Shown here: one piece after another, positions 1 through 13,200 of the stretch
Numbering within the stretch: position 1 is the stretch's first letter
Layout: each line of letters opens with the position of its first letter
Translations under genes and position numbers: made by a program
The notes under the pieces: generated by a model
What the model saw: the letters and a program-made list of their open reading frames with translations, nothing else
Told to the model about the DNA's origin: nothing
The model's database searches: none
Assembly: GCF_964194155.1 (NCBI RefSeq)
Contig: NC_135903.1
Coordinates: 12,772,001 to 12,836,000, forward strand
DNA length: 64,000 nt
From: Cetorhinus maximus
Lineage: Eukaryota
Direction: 5' to 3'

Positions 1-3000
1 GAGATATTAATGGACTGCGTACAGTGTTGGATGATATGACACTGGAGAAGAGTCAGCTGGAAATGCAGATTGAGGGTCTAAAGGAGGAACTAATCTACAT
101 CAGGAAAAACCATGAGGAGGTAAGTAACTTCCATTTTGGTAAATGATTCTACTGAGTTGAGTGCTCCTTTAAGATTTGGGAGTATAAACTAACTGAATAT
201 TTTCTCTGCAGGAGCTTAGGGGACTGCGTGGTCAGATATCTGGCAATGTCACTGTAGATGTCACAACCGAACAGTCCCCTGATTTGTCTAAGATGCTGGA
301 AGAGATGCGGCAGCAATATGACGATATCACGAAAAAGAACAAGAGTGAAGCTGAAGAATGGTACAGGCAGCAGGTAATTGGGGGAAATCTGGGATTATTA
401 TGTTATTCCAATGTGATCACTGAACTATCACATCCTTCAGTTCAGAAAATCAAAATTTAAGTAACTGAAAATAAGTGGCCTCTCTGAGCAGAAACCCAGA
501 GGCTGAATTTTTGCTCTGGCCTCCAACATTGGGTATATTTCCCAACACCATGTCAGTGCTTGACAAACTGGCCAATGGCGTGCACTCACCATCCAATTAA
601 GGTTAAGAGGTGGCTTCCTGAAGTTGGAGGACCAATAGGAGGTCAGATCAGCAGCCCCAGGCTCAGGGGGGCCCTGTCAATGTGGATAGGAGAAAAACAG
701 GGCTGCAAGATGGAGGCATCCTCTGAAGCCTGCCTGATGCCAGCAGAGGTGAGGGGATGGTGGGGGAATTGGTCCCCGGACAGAGTGCGGGCTCCTGCCC
801 GGGGGTGGGGCTGACTCCTCCCCGTGATCATGTTTTGACCTCAGTGTCAGAGGCGGAGGGGGGGCAGAGGGGTGTGGGGTGGGGTTTGCACATTCTGATT
901 GGAAAATTGCAGTCAGTGTGTAGAGAGTGGCCCACTAACTAGCCTAACGGGCTACCTGCCACTCGCGGTTATGAAGCCATCATCCTTCGGCCTGAATGAA
1001 AATGGCCTGGAGATGGTCACTGTGGATAAAGCAGCATATTGCCACTGGTGGGAAATTGCAGACCTGTCCACCTCCAGTTCTGCCTCCATGGCTGATTAAA
1101 AATTCATCTCTGAAATTCTCCAATTCCCCATCTTCCTCAGTGTAACACGTAAGAAAATACCTTCAGCATCAGACTGGAAACAATAAATAGGTTGTCATGT
1201 TGCTATTTTATCTCCATCCTGGGATAACATGACATTTGGAGGTCTGATTTCAAAATGGCCTGAACCAAATTGGCATAATTTTTGGGACAGAGTTGAGTTA
1301 ATGACAAATGTCAACCTTTGATTGTTCGAACACCAGACAGATAATAGAGAGTTAGTGGTTTTGGTGAAAACCAAGTCCATTGTTGGTTGAAGACTTCTCT
1401 TAATTGTTTGTTTCAGTGTGTGACTGTGCAGCAGGAATTTGCTGTTAATACCGAGGCCCTTCAAGCAGAGAAGTCACAGCTCGTCCAACTGAGGCACACT
1501 GTGCAGGGACTGGATATGGAGCTCCAGACCCAGCTCAGCATGGTGAGTACAACACAGGAGAGCAGCAACCTCTGTCCCTGGCTTTATTGGAAGTGCAGGT
1601 CTGACTAATCACTGTTTGTTTGTGTGCAGATTGGATCTCTAAATGCGACTCTTAAGGACACTGAGCTTCGTTGCAGCGAGGAGTACAACAGAGTTCAGCT
1701 GACCATCAACAAACTGGAGGCAGAGCTGGTGGAAATCCGGCTGAAAGTAGACCAACATGTCAAAGACTATGCTGACCTGCTGGATATTAAAAGTAGACTG
1801 GAAATGGAAATTGCCACATATCGTCGCCTGCTCGAAGGAGGATCTGGGTAAGAGAGTCACCAAATTAAACCCAGCTCCTGACAGCCTAACCCCCCCTAAC
1901 TAAATATGTTAGACATGGCTTCGGAATTATTACTGTCTGTAGAGTTACTTTGGGGGATTTTGATGAACTTTGTGCTCCTTAATAAGGGACGTTAGTGTGA
2001 AATTTGGAACACTTTGCATTTCAGAACCAGTGTCAGGATCAATCCTTGTTACTCTATTATCAAATTTGTGCTATGCTAGATTAACTGTCTCCCTATCCTG
2101 TCCCAGAGATGTTTAGGCACCAACCTTCAAAGATCACCCTGTCTGCACTTGGGATATTTTTCCTTTCTCTGCACAGACATCCTATAGCCTGAGTGGTGTC
2201 GCAGTAATCCAGATGTTTAAACACTGAATTTCCACATTGTTGTGTTATTTATGTTACTTAGCTGAATTATTCAATAATTTTAATTGTCTCAATGGAATTT
2301 CTCTTGCCCCGAGACAGTCTTGAGCTCATAATTGAGGCTGAAATCGGCCATTAATTTACAGATTTCTATAAAACGAAATTCCAATTCTCAAACCGGTGAG
2401 ATTTGGACTCCTGCTCCCTGGACTATTAGCCCAGTAACAGAACCACTACACTTCCACATGATCTTAATGAGATACTAAACATCAACCGGCTGTAAAATGC
2501 TTTGGGGCATTCCTGAGGTTCTGAAAGGTGCTTTACAAATGCATATTCTTTCTATACACTCACACACACCCAGCCCTTGCTGGAGGGATTCCTGGATATT
2601 TACTGATTACTGTTTATTTTTACCAGCCAAGTAACAACTACACAAACAACAAAAGATATAAGCAAAAAGATTGTGGTCACAGAGGAAATACGTGGTGAGT
2701 TAAACATAACTTTCAAACTTGTCATCAAAGTGACTGCATCATAAGTTTGAACACAGAAGTAAATGTACACCTAGAGCTTGTAGTTGAGGCAGCTGGTGTT
2801 GGATGCTCAGAGGTTGTTTCCCCTGCCTGGGGTGTCCAGAACAGGGGAAGGGGGTCCCAGTCTCTGGATAAGGGGCTGATCATTTAGGATTGAGATGAGG
2901 AGAAATTTCTTCACTCAAAAGGGTTGTGAATCTTTGGAATTCTCTAGCCCAGGAAGCTGTGGATACTCAGTCGTTGAATACACTGAACGTTGAGACTAAT

Positions 3001-4126
3001 AGACCTTTGGTCTCCAGAGGACTTGAGGAATATGGGTTCAGGTGCTGAAGTGGAATTGAGGTCCAAGGTCAGATGAATAGTGGAGCAGGTTCGACAGGCT
3101 GCTTGACCAATTTTCTTATGTTCTTAACATGCTGAGTGACAGAGGCAGGGAGAGCCAACAGTTCCCAGACCCCTCATTCCATAACTTCACTCTCTGCTGT
3201 GGTACTGAGTCACGCACAGCAAGAAAGTCTGCTTCCAACCAGAGGAACAATGAGGCTGCTACAATTCACTTCACTGCCACAATAATTAGAGAAACAGAAA
3301 TCTGGTTGGGTCCCCACTCCTGATTTGATATCCATTGAAGTCTGTACGTATTCAGGAAAGAATTCAACTCCTCCCCCAATGCCCTCATGATTGATTAGCC
3401 AGATAACCCCGACCATCTAAGCTCTCCTGAGTAATGGCCACACTCAGCATTCGGCTGCTCATTCATCCTGTGATACCCTCAAGAATGGAGGCTAGGGGGA
3501 AACCCAGGTAGGGAGCCAGGGATCAAGAGGGAGAATGGACTGGGTGGTGAATTGTGCTCTGTAGTCTTCCTGGGCAGGATTTAAGAAATAAAATTGACGG
3601 TGTAGAATATACTGCCACCTTGTATTATGCCACATAAAATACTTAAATGCCACACAATATAAAGCAATAAATACAAGGATTGAGATGTTGGGGAACCTAT
3701 AGAGGGAGAAAGGGGCAGGGCCCAGCAAGAACGGAGGTAGTGGGTGGCCAATGAGGAATATAGGGGAGGGACCCAGTAAGTGCCTTATTGGGTGACCAAT
3801 GACAGGGGAGTGGGGAGGCGGAGCTCTGAAGATGGGTGTGATGCATGACCAATGAGGAGAGGGTGGGGACAGAAGGTCCTGTGATGAAACCTCCAGGAAT
3901 ATGTACCGCAAGTTGGCAACCGAGGTGTGGTCAGAACTGTAACATCATAAATTTAACGTTAGCAACTACTGATTTAATGAATGCATCAATTAGTCTCTAA
4001 CTAAGCCACTGGTTATTTCTTTTTCTTAAAGAACCTGTCATTACGAAGAGAGTGAAGACTGTGGTGGAAGAATCGATTAATGGGCAAGTGGTTTCTTCAC
4101 ATACAGAGGAAGTCGATGTCAACTAA
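1..4126 (+). CDS. Type I keratin A, 5'-partial (exons 3-8); tandem duplicate of keratin B
   Basis: Exons <1-119, 212-373 (162 nt), 1417-1542 (126), 1630-1847 (218), 2627-2694 (68), 4032-4126 (to TAA), all with GT-AG introns and compatible phases. They translate to ..[39 protein letters not shown].., the helix-termination motif [21 protein letters not shown], and the tail [31 protein letters not shown]. Confidence 0.93.
499..1110. mobile_element. GC-rich MITE-like element in intron 4 (copy at ~10359-10969)
   Basis: Imperfect terminal inverted repeats GAGGCTGAATTTTT ... AAAAATTCATCTC; the termini resemble those of the Harbinger element at 53153. Confidence 0.5.
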
Positions 4127-4204
4127 TAGAATGTTCAACACTTTGGAAAAAGCTGGGAAAAGAACAAAGTAAAAGTCATCTAACCAGAAGAGATAATCAA
4201 ACCT

Positions 4205-4260
4205 AATAAACACAACTCTTAATGATTTCCCTTTCTCTGTATTTCTGAGCATTTAATAAA
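4205..4260 (+). terminator. Polyadenylation signals of keratin A
   Basis: AATAAA at 4205-4210 and 4255-4260, about 80-130 nt after the stop; the same pair follows keratin B. Confidence 0.65.
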
Positions 4261-4590
4261 GTCTTGTGGGAACAGTTATCCTCATTTGTGTTTTCAGCTC
4301 CTCCCAGCAGACACAAGTCTTCCTTCGAATATCTCTGGAAACTTCAACCAGCTCCCATGTCTAGGGGCCAGGGGGTTCCCACAGTCAGAGACCAGGAACC
4401 TCGGGGTGGGATTAGAAAATAGGACATTCTCTCTGTTGCAAATGAAATAAGGGTTTTCACCAATTACAATCTATATCAATGTGTATTTATATAATACCTT
4501 TTAATCCCAAAGTGTTTCACAGGAGCGTTGACACTGAACCACAAGGAGATGTTAGGGTAAGTGACCAAAAGCTTGGCCAAAGAGATTTAG

Positions 4591-5309
4591 TTTTAACACT
4601 GAATTTCCACATTGCTGTGTTATTTAAATTACTTAATTGAAATTATTGAATAATTCAGCTGTCTCAATGGAATTTCTCTTGCCCCGAGACAGTCTCGAGC
4701 TCATAATTGAGGCTGAAATTGGCCATTAATTTACAGATTTGTATAAAACGAAATTCCAATTCTCAAACCGGTGAGATTTGTACTCCTGCTCCCTGGACTA
4801 TTAGCCCAGTAACAGAACCACTACACTTCCACATGATCTTAATGAGATACTAAACATCAACCGGCTGTAAAATGCTTTGGGACATTCCTGAGGTTCTGAA
4901 AGGTGCTTTACAAATGCGTATTCTTTCTATACACTCACACACACCCAGCCCTTGCTGGAGGGATTCCTGGATATTTACTGATTACTGTTTATTTTTACCA
5001 GCCAAGTAACAACTACACAAACAACAAAAAAGATATAGGCAAGAAGATTGTAGTCACAGAGGAAATACGTGGTGAGTTAAACATAACTTTCAAACTTGTC
5101 ATCAAAGTGACTGCATCCTAAGTTTGAACACAGAAGTAAATGTACATCTAGAGCTTGTAGTTGAGGCAGCTGGTGTTGGATGCTCAGAGGTTGTTTCCCC
5201 TGCCTGGGGTGTCCAGAACAGGGGGAGGGGGGCCCAGTCTCTGGATAAGGGGCTGATCATTTAGGACTGAGATGAGCAGAAATTTCTTCACTCAAAAGGG
5301 TTGTGAATC
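4591..5309 (+). pseudogene. Orphan duplicated intron6-exon7-intron7 segment with a frameshifted exon 7 (5002-5071)
   Basis: Copy of ~2216-2932 / ~12074-12799. The exon keeps AG and GT but is 70 nt rather than 68 (A6 instead of A4). Confidence 0.85.
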
Positions 5310-5899
5310 CACCCTGTAGGGGGACTGCTGGGTGGCAGCCTCCCCGGGAGGGGGGGACCTTTAACAGACGCTCCATAGAGAGACCCACTAGCAGCAATTG
5401 CCACCCTCATACCCATGGCGCAATCGGCGTTCTGTGACCACACCCCTGCCAATGGCAGATATAGCAACTGATTGGAGAGGGTTGGGGGTATGGGGAGGAT
5501 AGGGTGTGAGGGTGAGGAGGGTGAGGTGAGAGGGTGGGGAAGGGTACAGTGAGGGGGTGGGCAGGGGGCAGTCAGGGGATGGGCAGGGGGCAGTGATGGG
5601 ATGAGGTTAAGTGGGTTGCTGTTTGTGGAAGAGAATTCCAAACTGCTACCACACTTTGTGTGTAGAATCATTTCCTAATTTCACTCCTGAAAGGTCTGGC
5701 TTTAATCTTTAGCCAATGGCCGGGATTTTCCAGCCCTCTTGGGGCTGGATGGATCCACCTCGGAAGTTTCGGCCGTCCAGTCCATTGACTTTCAGCAGGA
5801 CTGGACCATCCCAACAGAGGGCGGGGCCAGAAAGTCCTGCCTGCTTCCATTCTAATCTATCCAATCGTAGCCAGAGAGTCACTTGCCATGGCCTCGCTT

Positions 5900-6640
5900 C
5901 CTGCTCCCACACTGATCCTCCTGATGTTCCCCCAAAGGAGTCTATCCTTCAGCCCTCCTATTTCTCATTCACATGTTTTCTCTTGCTGTCATATCCAAAA
6001 CCACAGGGTTAGTTTTCACATGTGCGCTGATGACACCCAGCTCAATCCCACCTCCTCTCTCGACCCCTCTGGGGTTGGCAAGTGATCAGACTGCTTATCC
6101 GCTATCCAGTGCTGGATGAGCAGAAATTTCCTTCAAATATTGGAAGGCCAAAGGCTTTGTCTGAGCCCGCGCTACAAGCTCCATTCCCCAGCTACCAACT
6201 CAACCCGTCTCCCTGGCAACTGTCCGAGGCTGAACCAGACTGTTTGGAACCTCGATGTCATATTTCATCCCGGGATGAGCCTCTGACCACATAATCCAAG
6301 CCTATTTCCACCTCGGTAACGTGGATGGACTTTGCTCCTGTCTCAGCTCATTTTTTTTGCTGAAACCCTCATTCATGCCTTTGTTCCCTGTAGACTTGAT
6401 GATTCCAATTCATTCCTGGCTGGTCTCCCACATTCTACCCTCCCGAAACTTACAGTCACCCAAAGCTCTGCTGCCTGTGTCTGAACCTGCACCAAGTCCT
6501 GTTCCCCTATCACTCTGAGATTGCTGACCTACATCGGACCCCGTCCAAGAAATACCTCGACTTGGAATATCTGAATCCCTCTATAACCTCACCCCTCCCT
6601 ATCTCTGTAATCTCCTCCAGCCCCACAAACCCACTGGAAA
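5900..6640 (+). mobile_element. Decayed L2-clade LINE reverse-transcriptase fragment
   Basis: Degenerate (G)VPQGS-ILSPLLF region and FHMCADDTQL (YADD-type motif); frameshifted. Confidence 0.6.
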
Positions 6641-7159
6641 CAGTCTTCCTGTCATTAAAAACACCCGTCAACCACTACCCTTTGTTTCCTACCCCTGAGC
6701 CCATTTTTACAATAACTTGCAGAGAGAGAGAAAGGAAACAGTTCGTTCAAAACTTGCAGGACCTGAAATATTTCGATCAACAACACTCAACCTCAGTCCC
6801 TGTGATTCCCGACAAGGTGTGGAACTCAGCAGGTGAGTTTTTATCACACGTCTAGACTGATAACAAGTTTCATTCAGAAAAAAAATACCCCACACAACAT
6901 TCCGCGAAAACAGACAGGTCAAATAAGGACATTATTTTTTGCAGAATGGAATTTGACACCAATTCTGCAAATCTTGCCTGAAGACCGTCATGGGAAAGTG
7001 GATCAATTCTTTGCAATGAGTGGAGCCCAGCCCAGGGTGTGTCTCTGGAAGGGTCCCCGCCCCATTCATCCAAATGTCAAACTCTGTGCCGGTTAAGGAA
7101 TGAGTGGTTTTAGCTGAGAGCAGCAGTCCTTGGGGGGGGTTTGCTGGCTCTTCTCCCAG

Positions 7160-7211
7160 CCAATGTGTGAGGAGAGGAGCGGTAGGAACGCCCTTTGGGG
7201 ATGGGATATAA
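7160..7211 (+). promoter_or_regulatory. Keratin B core promoter (CCAAT + TATA)
   Basis: CCAAT at 7160-7164 and TATAA at 7207-7211, about 65 nt upstream of the ATG (GCACCATGA, 7276). Confidence 0.65.
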
Positions 7212-7275
7212 GGAGGGGAGACAGGCTCTGAGCTTTGCAGTTTCTGGCTCTCACTTGTCTACAGCCTCTAGCACC

Positions 7276-10200
7276 ATGAGTATCAGCTTCAGGTCCTCGT
7301 TTGGCGGATCCAGCCGTCATGGTTCATCCTCCGTGCGACTGGTCCGAAGCGGCGGGGGCGCTTCCCGCTCTCAGAGTTTGTACGGCGCCGGGATGGGGAC
7401 CCGCATCGCCTCGGTGAGTGCGGGTTCGGGGCTGGGGAGCGCCCTGGGCTCGGGCTCCTTCTCCTTCTCCTCCTCCACCTCCTCGGCTGGAGGCTTCAAT
7501 GAGAAGACAACCATGCAGAACCTGAACGAGCGCCTGGCCAGTTACCTGGACAGGGTCCGCTCCTTGGAAACTTCCAACAGCAAAATGGAGCTGGAGATCC
7601 GTCAGATCCTTGAGAAAGCGGGTCCGGCTGTCAGGGACTGGAGCGTTTACTGGGGCACCATTAAAGATTTCCGTGACCAGGTGAGACCTTTTCTAGCTGC
7701 AGCCTCTACCCGCTATTCTCTCAGAGAGCGCCCGTAACGCCATAAAGCCTCCCAAGGCACCTCCCAGCAACCTGGCAACACAAACCCAGGCAAATGGAAC
7801 AAGCTGATATTAAGGTCCGACGACCAAAAGCTTGGTCGAGGAGGAAGGTTTTGAGGAGCATCAGGAGGAAAGTGAGGTAGAGGAGGGGAATTCCAGAGCT
7901 TGGGGTACAGGTAACTATACAGGTAGGGGTGGCTATGACCATCCATTGAAACATGGAGGCTGCTCAAGAGGCTGGAATTCCAGGAGTGCAGATGTGGCCT
8001 GGGAAATGAGAGTCAATGTTGGTGTGTTTTTTCTGTTGAAAGTCCCACACTGGAGCTGGCTCCAACAGCTTATAGTGATGAGACCTGGCGCATGGGGAGC
8101 GAAGGCGGAATAGATGATAGTTAGAAACTGGGGAAACAGAAACAACACCAGGTGTAGTACAAGTGGGAGCTGGGACAAATTCTTTGAATGTTCCAGGCTC
8201 AATGATTGAGGGAGGGGCAGCAGATTGCAGGGGGTGGCCAGGGATATGGGGGCAGAGGAGCTGCAGACTTGGGGTAGGGGACAGAAGGGCAGCGAACTGG
8301 GGGTGGGGGGTGGAGGAGCAGCAGATGGGGGCAGCAAACCTGCGGGAGGGAGACCAGTGCAGGAGATGCACATGGAATGTGGAGCCTGCAGTGTCTCACA
8401 ATGGAATAATCTAGCACTATATAAACTGAAAGCGTGGCAAACTGTAAGTGATGTTATTGCTGGTTGCTTTCTTCTCACACTCTCTCAGAATCTGTGTAAT
8501 TTATTATTAATCTCCATTTTTCACAGATTACTGATCTCATCCTTGATAACTCCAGGCTTATGCTGCAGATTGATAACTCCAAACTTGCTGCTGAAGATTT
8601 CAAAACCAAGTAAGTAATAATAAATGTAGCTGTTTAATGTCTTTGTGCTGACGGTGTGCTTTATTCTCCGATCCCACCTATCCTGCTGATTTGTCTTCCT
8701 CGTCATCCACTTGCAACTTTTTCCTGCACCTACATCATTCTTACCTTTTTCTGCTGAACGGAGGGTATTTGGTCCAAGAAATAATCTTCCAGATTTGGGT
8801 ACATTTAAAGAATTACTTAAAATGTCTCCTGTTATTTCCCTCTGATGGAGAGACCATCTCGATCCTTTCTCAGGAGAACTGTACAGATACTGAAGACCAA
8901 GCGTCTTAGTTATTTCAGAAAACAGAGAAAACATTTGTAACTGAAGCCGGACGGCTGGTTTGTAAATTAAGCCAGGAAACGAGCAGCTGCTTCATACTCA
9001 TGATGCCTGGCGTGTCCTGACCAGACTTGTCCACCCGACAGGTATGTAATCTCCAAGGAGAGGCTGAAGTACCTAGGGGGAAGGAGAAATCTGGAATATT
9101 ATTCTCAACCCACTCAGGGAAGATGATTTAAATCAGGAATCCTACTGTAGAATGCAAGGGAATACCTCTTAACTTCAGCATTAGACAACAAGTAATGAGA
9201 GAGATTTTCCCCCTTTTTTCTGTCTCTATAGATTTGAGGGTGAATTGGGAATTAGAATGGCAGTGGACGGAGATATTAATGGACTGCGTACAGTGTTGGA
9301 TGATATGACACTGGAGAAGAGTCAGCTGGAAATGCAGATTGAGGGTCTAAAGGAGGAACTAATCTACATCAGGAAAAACCATGAGGAGGTAAGTAACTTC
9401 CATTTTGGTAAATGATTCTACTGAGTTGAGTGCTCCTTTGAGATTTGGGAGTATGAACTAACTGAACGTTTTCTCTGTAGGAGCTTAGGGGACTGCGTGG
9501 TCAGATATCTGGCAATGTCACTGTAGATGTCACAACCGAACAGTCCCCTGATTTGTCTAAGATGCTGGAAGAGATGCGGCAGCAATATGACGATATCACG
9601 AAAAAGAACAAGAGTGAAGCTGAAGAATGGTACAGGCAGCAGGTAATTGGGGGAAATCTGGGATTATTATGTTATTCCAATGTGATCACTGAACTATCAC
9701 ATCCTTCATAACAAGGCATCAGCTACAGCATTCTCACCTCTGAATCAAAAAGTTCTGGGTTCAAGTCCCAATCCAAAGACTTGACTAACACTCCCAGGAC
9801 AGTACTGAGGGAATGCTGTGCTGACTTTCAGATGAGACATTAAACTGAGGTTCCATCTGTTCTCTCAGGTGGACTTAAAAAGATCCCAGTTCTCACTGTT
9901 CTCCTGGTCAACAATTATCCCTCAAACAAAGCAGATTAACTCTCTATTTTATCTTCTTGCTGCTCTGGGATCCTGCTGTGCACAAATTGGCTAACCTGCT
10001 TCCTACATTACAAACAGAAACTGCACTTCAAAATACTCCATGTGCTGTAAAGCACATGGGGAAAGATGTTGTATAAATGCCATCCTTCCTTTCACAGTTG
10101 GTATCTCAGAATAACAGCCCCTATGATAACAGAATAGAATCCGATTATTGCTCAGCTGTGAGTAGACAGCATCGCGAGAGGGGCAGCAATTAAGAGGGTG

Positions 10201-13200
10201 GTTCTCTGGGTCCTAATTAACAGGGGCAGACAGCTCAGTGTAATTCCTTCAACAAATCAGCAAAGAAACAGCTAAAGCTAAAAGAAACCTTGAACTTCAG
10301 TTCAGAAAATCAAAATTTAAGTAACTGAAAATAAGTGGCCTCTCTGAGCAGAAACCCAGAGGCTGAATTTTTGCTCTGGCCTCCAACATTGGGTATATTT
10401 CCCAACACCATGTCAGTGCTTGACAAACTGGCCAATGGTGTGCACTCACCATCCAATTAAGGTTAAGAGGTGGCTTCCTGAAGCTGGAGGACCAATAGGA
10501 GGTCAGATCAGCAGCCCCAGGCTCAGGTGGGACCTGTCAATGTGGATAGGAGAAAAACAGGGCTGCAAGATGGAGGCATCCTCTGAAGCCTGCCTGATGC
10601 CTGCAGAGGTGAGGGGATGGTGGGGGAATTGGTCCCCGGTCAGAGTGCGGGCTCCTGCCCGGGGGTGGGGCTGACTCCTCCCCATGATCATGTTTTGACC
10701 TCAGTGTCAGAGGCGGAGGGGGGCGGAGGGGTGTGGGGTGGGGTTTGCACATTCTGATTGGAAAATTGCAGTCAGTGTGTAGAGAGTGGCCCACTAACTA
10801 GCCTAACGGGCTACCTGCCACTCGCGGTTATGAAGCCATCATCCTTCGGCCTGAATGAAAGTGGCCTGGAGATGGTCACTGTGGATAAAGCAGCATATTG
10901 CCACTGGTGGGAAATTGCAGACCTGTCCACCTCCAGTTCTGCCTCCATGGCTGATTAAAAATTCATCTCTGAAATTCTCCAATTCCCCATCTTCCTCAGT
11001 GTAACACGTAAGAAAATACCTTCAGCATCAGACTGGAAACAATAAATAGGTTGTCATGTTGCTATTTTATCTCCATCCTGGGATAACATGACATTTAGAG
11101 GTCTGATTTCAAAATGGCCTGAACCAAATTGGCATAATTTTTGGGACAGAGTCGAGTTAATGACAAATGTCAACCTTTGATTGTTCGAACACCAGACAGA
11201 TAATAGAGAGTTAGTGGTTTTGGTGAAAACCAAGTCCATTGTTGGTTGAAGACTTCTCTTAATTGTTTGTTTCAGTGTGTGACTGTGCAGCAGGAATTTG
11301 CTGTTAATACCGAGGCCCTTCAAGCAGAGAAGTCACAGCTCGTCCAACTGAGGCACACTGTGCAGGGACTGGATATGGAGCTCCAGACCCAGCTCAGCAT
11401 GGTGAGTACAACACAGGAGAGCAACAACCTCTGTCCCTGGCTTTATTGGAAGTGCAGGTCTGACTAATCACTGTTTGTTTGTGTGCAGATTGGATCTCTA
11501 AATGCGACTCTTAAGGACACTGAGCTTCGTTGCAGCGAGGAGTACAACAGAGTTCAGCTGACCATCAACAAACTGGAGGCAGAACTGGTGGAAATCCGGC
11601 TGAAAGTAGACCAACATGTCAAAGACTATGCTGACCTGCTGGATATTAAAAGTAGACTGGAAATGGAAATTGCCACATATCGTCGCCTGCTCGAAGGAGG
11701 ATCTGGGTAAGAGAGTCACCAAATTAAACCCAGCTCCTGACAGCCTAACCCCCCTAACTAAATATGTTAGACATGGCTTCGGAACTATTACTGTCTGTAG
11801 AGTTACTTTGGGGGATTTTAATGAATTTTGTGCTCCTTAATAAGGGATGTTAGTTTGAAATTTGGAACACTTTGCATTTCAGAACCAGTGTCAGGATCAA
11901 TTGTTGTTACTCTATTATCAAATTTGTGCTGTGCTAGAGTAACTGTCTCCCTATCCTGTCCCAGAGATGTTTAGGCACCAACCTTCAAAGATCACCCTGT
12001 CTGCACTTGGGATATTTTTCCTTTCTCTGCACAGACATCCTATAGCCTGAGTGGTGTCGCAGTAATCCAGATGTTTTAACACTGAATTTCCACATTGCTG
12101 TGTTATTTAAGTTACTAAATTGAAATTATTGAATAATTCAGCTGTCTCAATGGAATTTCTCTTGCCCCGAGACAGTCTCGAGCTCATAACTGAGGCTGAA
12201 ATCGGCCATTAATTTACAGATTTCTATAAAACGAAATTCCAATTCTCAAACTGGTGAGATTTGGACTCCTGCCACCTGGACTATTAGCCCAGTAACAGAA
12301 CCACTATACTTCCACATCATCTTAATGAGATACTAAACATCAACCGGCTGTAAAATGCTTTGGGACATTCCCGAGGTTCTGAAAGGTGCTTTACAAATGT
12401 ATATTCTTTCTATACACTCACACACCCAGCCCTTGTGATATTCCTGCTGGAGGGTTTCCTGGATATTTACTGATTACTGTTTATTTTTACCAGCCACATA
12501 ACAACTACACAAACAACAAAAGATTTAGGCAAGAAGATTGTGGTCACAGAGGAAATACGTGGTGAGTTAAACATAACTTTCAAACTTGTCATCAAAGTGA
12601 CTGCATCATAAGTTTGAACACAGAAGTAAATGTACACCTAGAGCTTGTAGTTGAGGCAGCTAGTGTTGGATGCTCAGAGGTTGTTTCCCCTGCCTGGGGT
12701 GTCCAGAACAGGGGAAGGGGGTCCCAGTCTCTGGATAAGGGGTTGATCATTTAGGATTGAGATGAGGAGAAATTTCTTCACTCAAAAGGGTTGTGAATCT
12801 TTGGAATTCTCTAGCCCAGGAAGCTGTGGATACTCAGTCGTTGAATACACTGAACGTTGAGACTAATAGACCTTTGGTCTCCAGAGGACTTGAGGAATAT
12901 GGGTTCAGGTGCTGAAGTGGAATTGAGGTCCAAGGTCAGATGAATAGTGGAGCAGGTTCGACAGGCTGCTTGACCATTTTTCTTATGTTCTTAATATGCT
13001 GAGTGACAGAGGCAGGGAGAGCCAACAGTTCCCAGACCCCTCATTCCATAACTTCACTCTCTGCTGTGGTACTGAGTCACGCACAGCAAGAAAGTCTGCT
13101 TCCAACCAGAGGAACAATGAGGCTGCTACAATTCACTTCACTGCCGCAATAATTAGAGAAACGGGAATCTGGTTGGGTCCCCACTCCTGATTTGATATCC

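Noticed and set aside
5002-5071. Orphan exon 7 as a functional alternative exon
   Set aside because: It lies after A's polyA signals, has a +2 frameshift, and has no exon 8 of its own downstream.
7195-7275. N-terminal extension of keratin B in the ORF track
   Set aside because: It starts at a non-ATG codon upstream of the TATA box; the Kozak ATG at 7276 is the plausible start.
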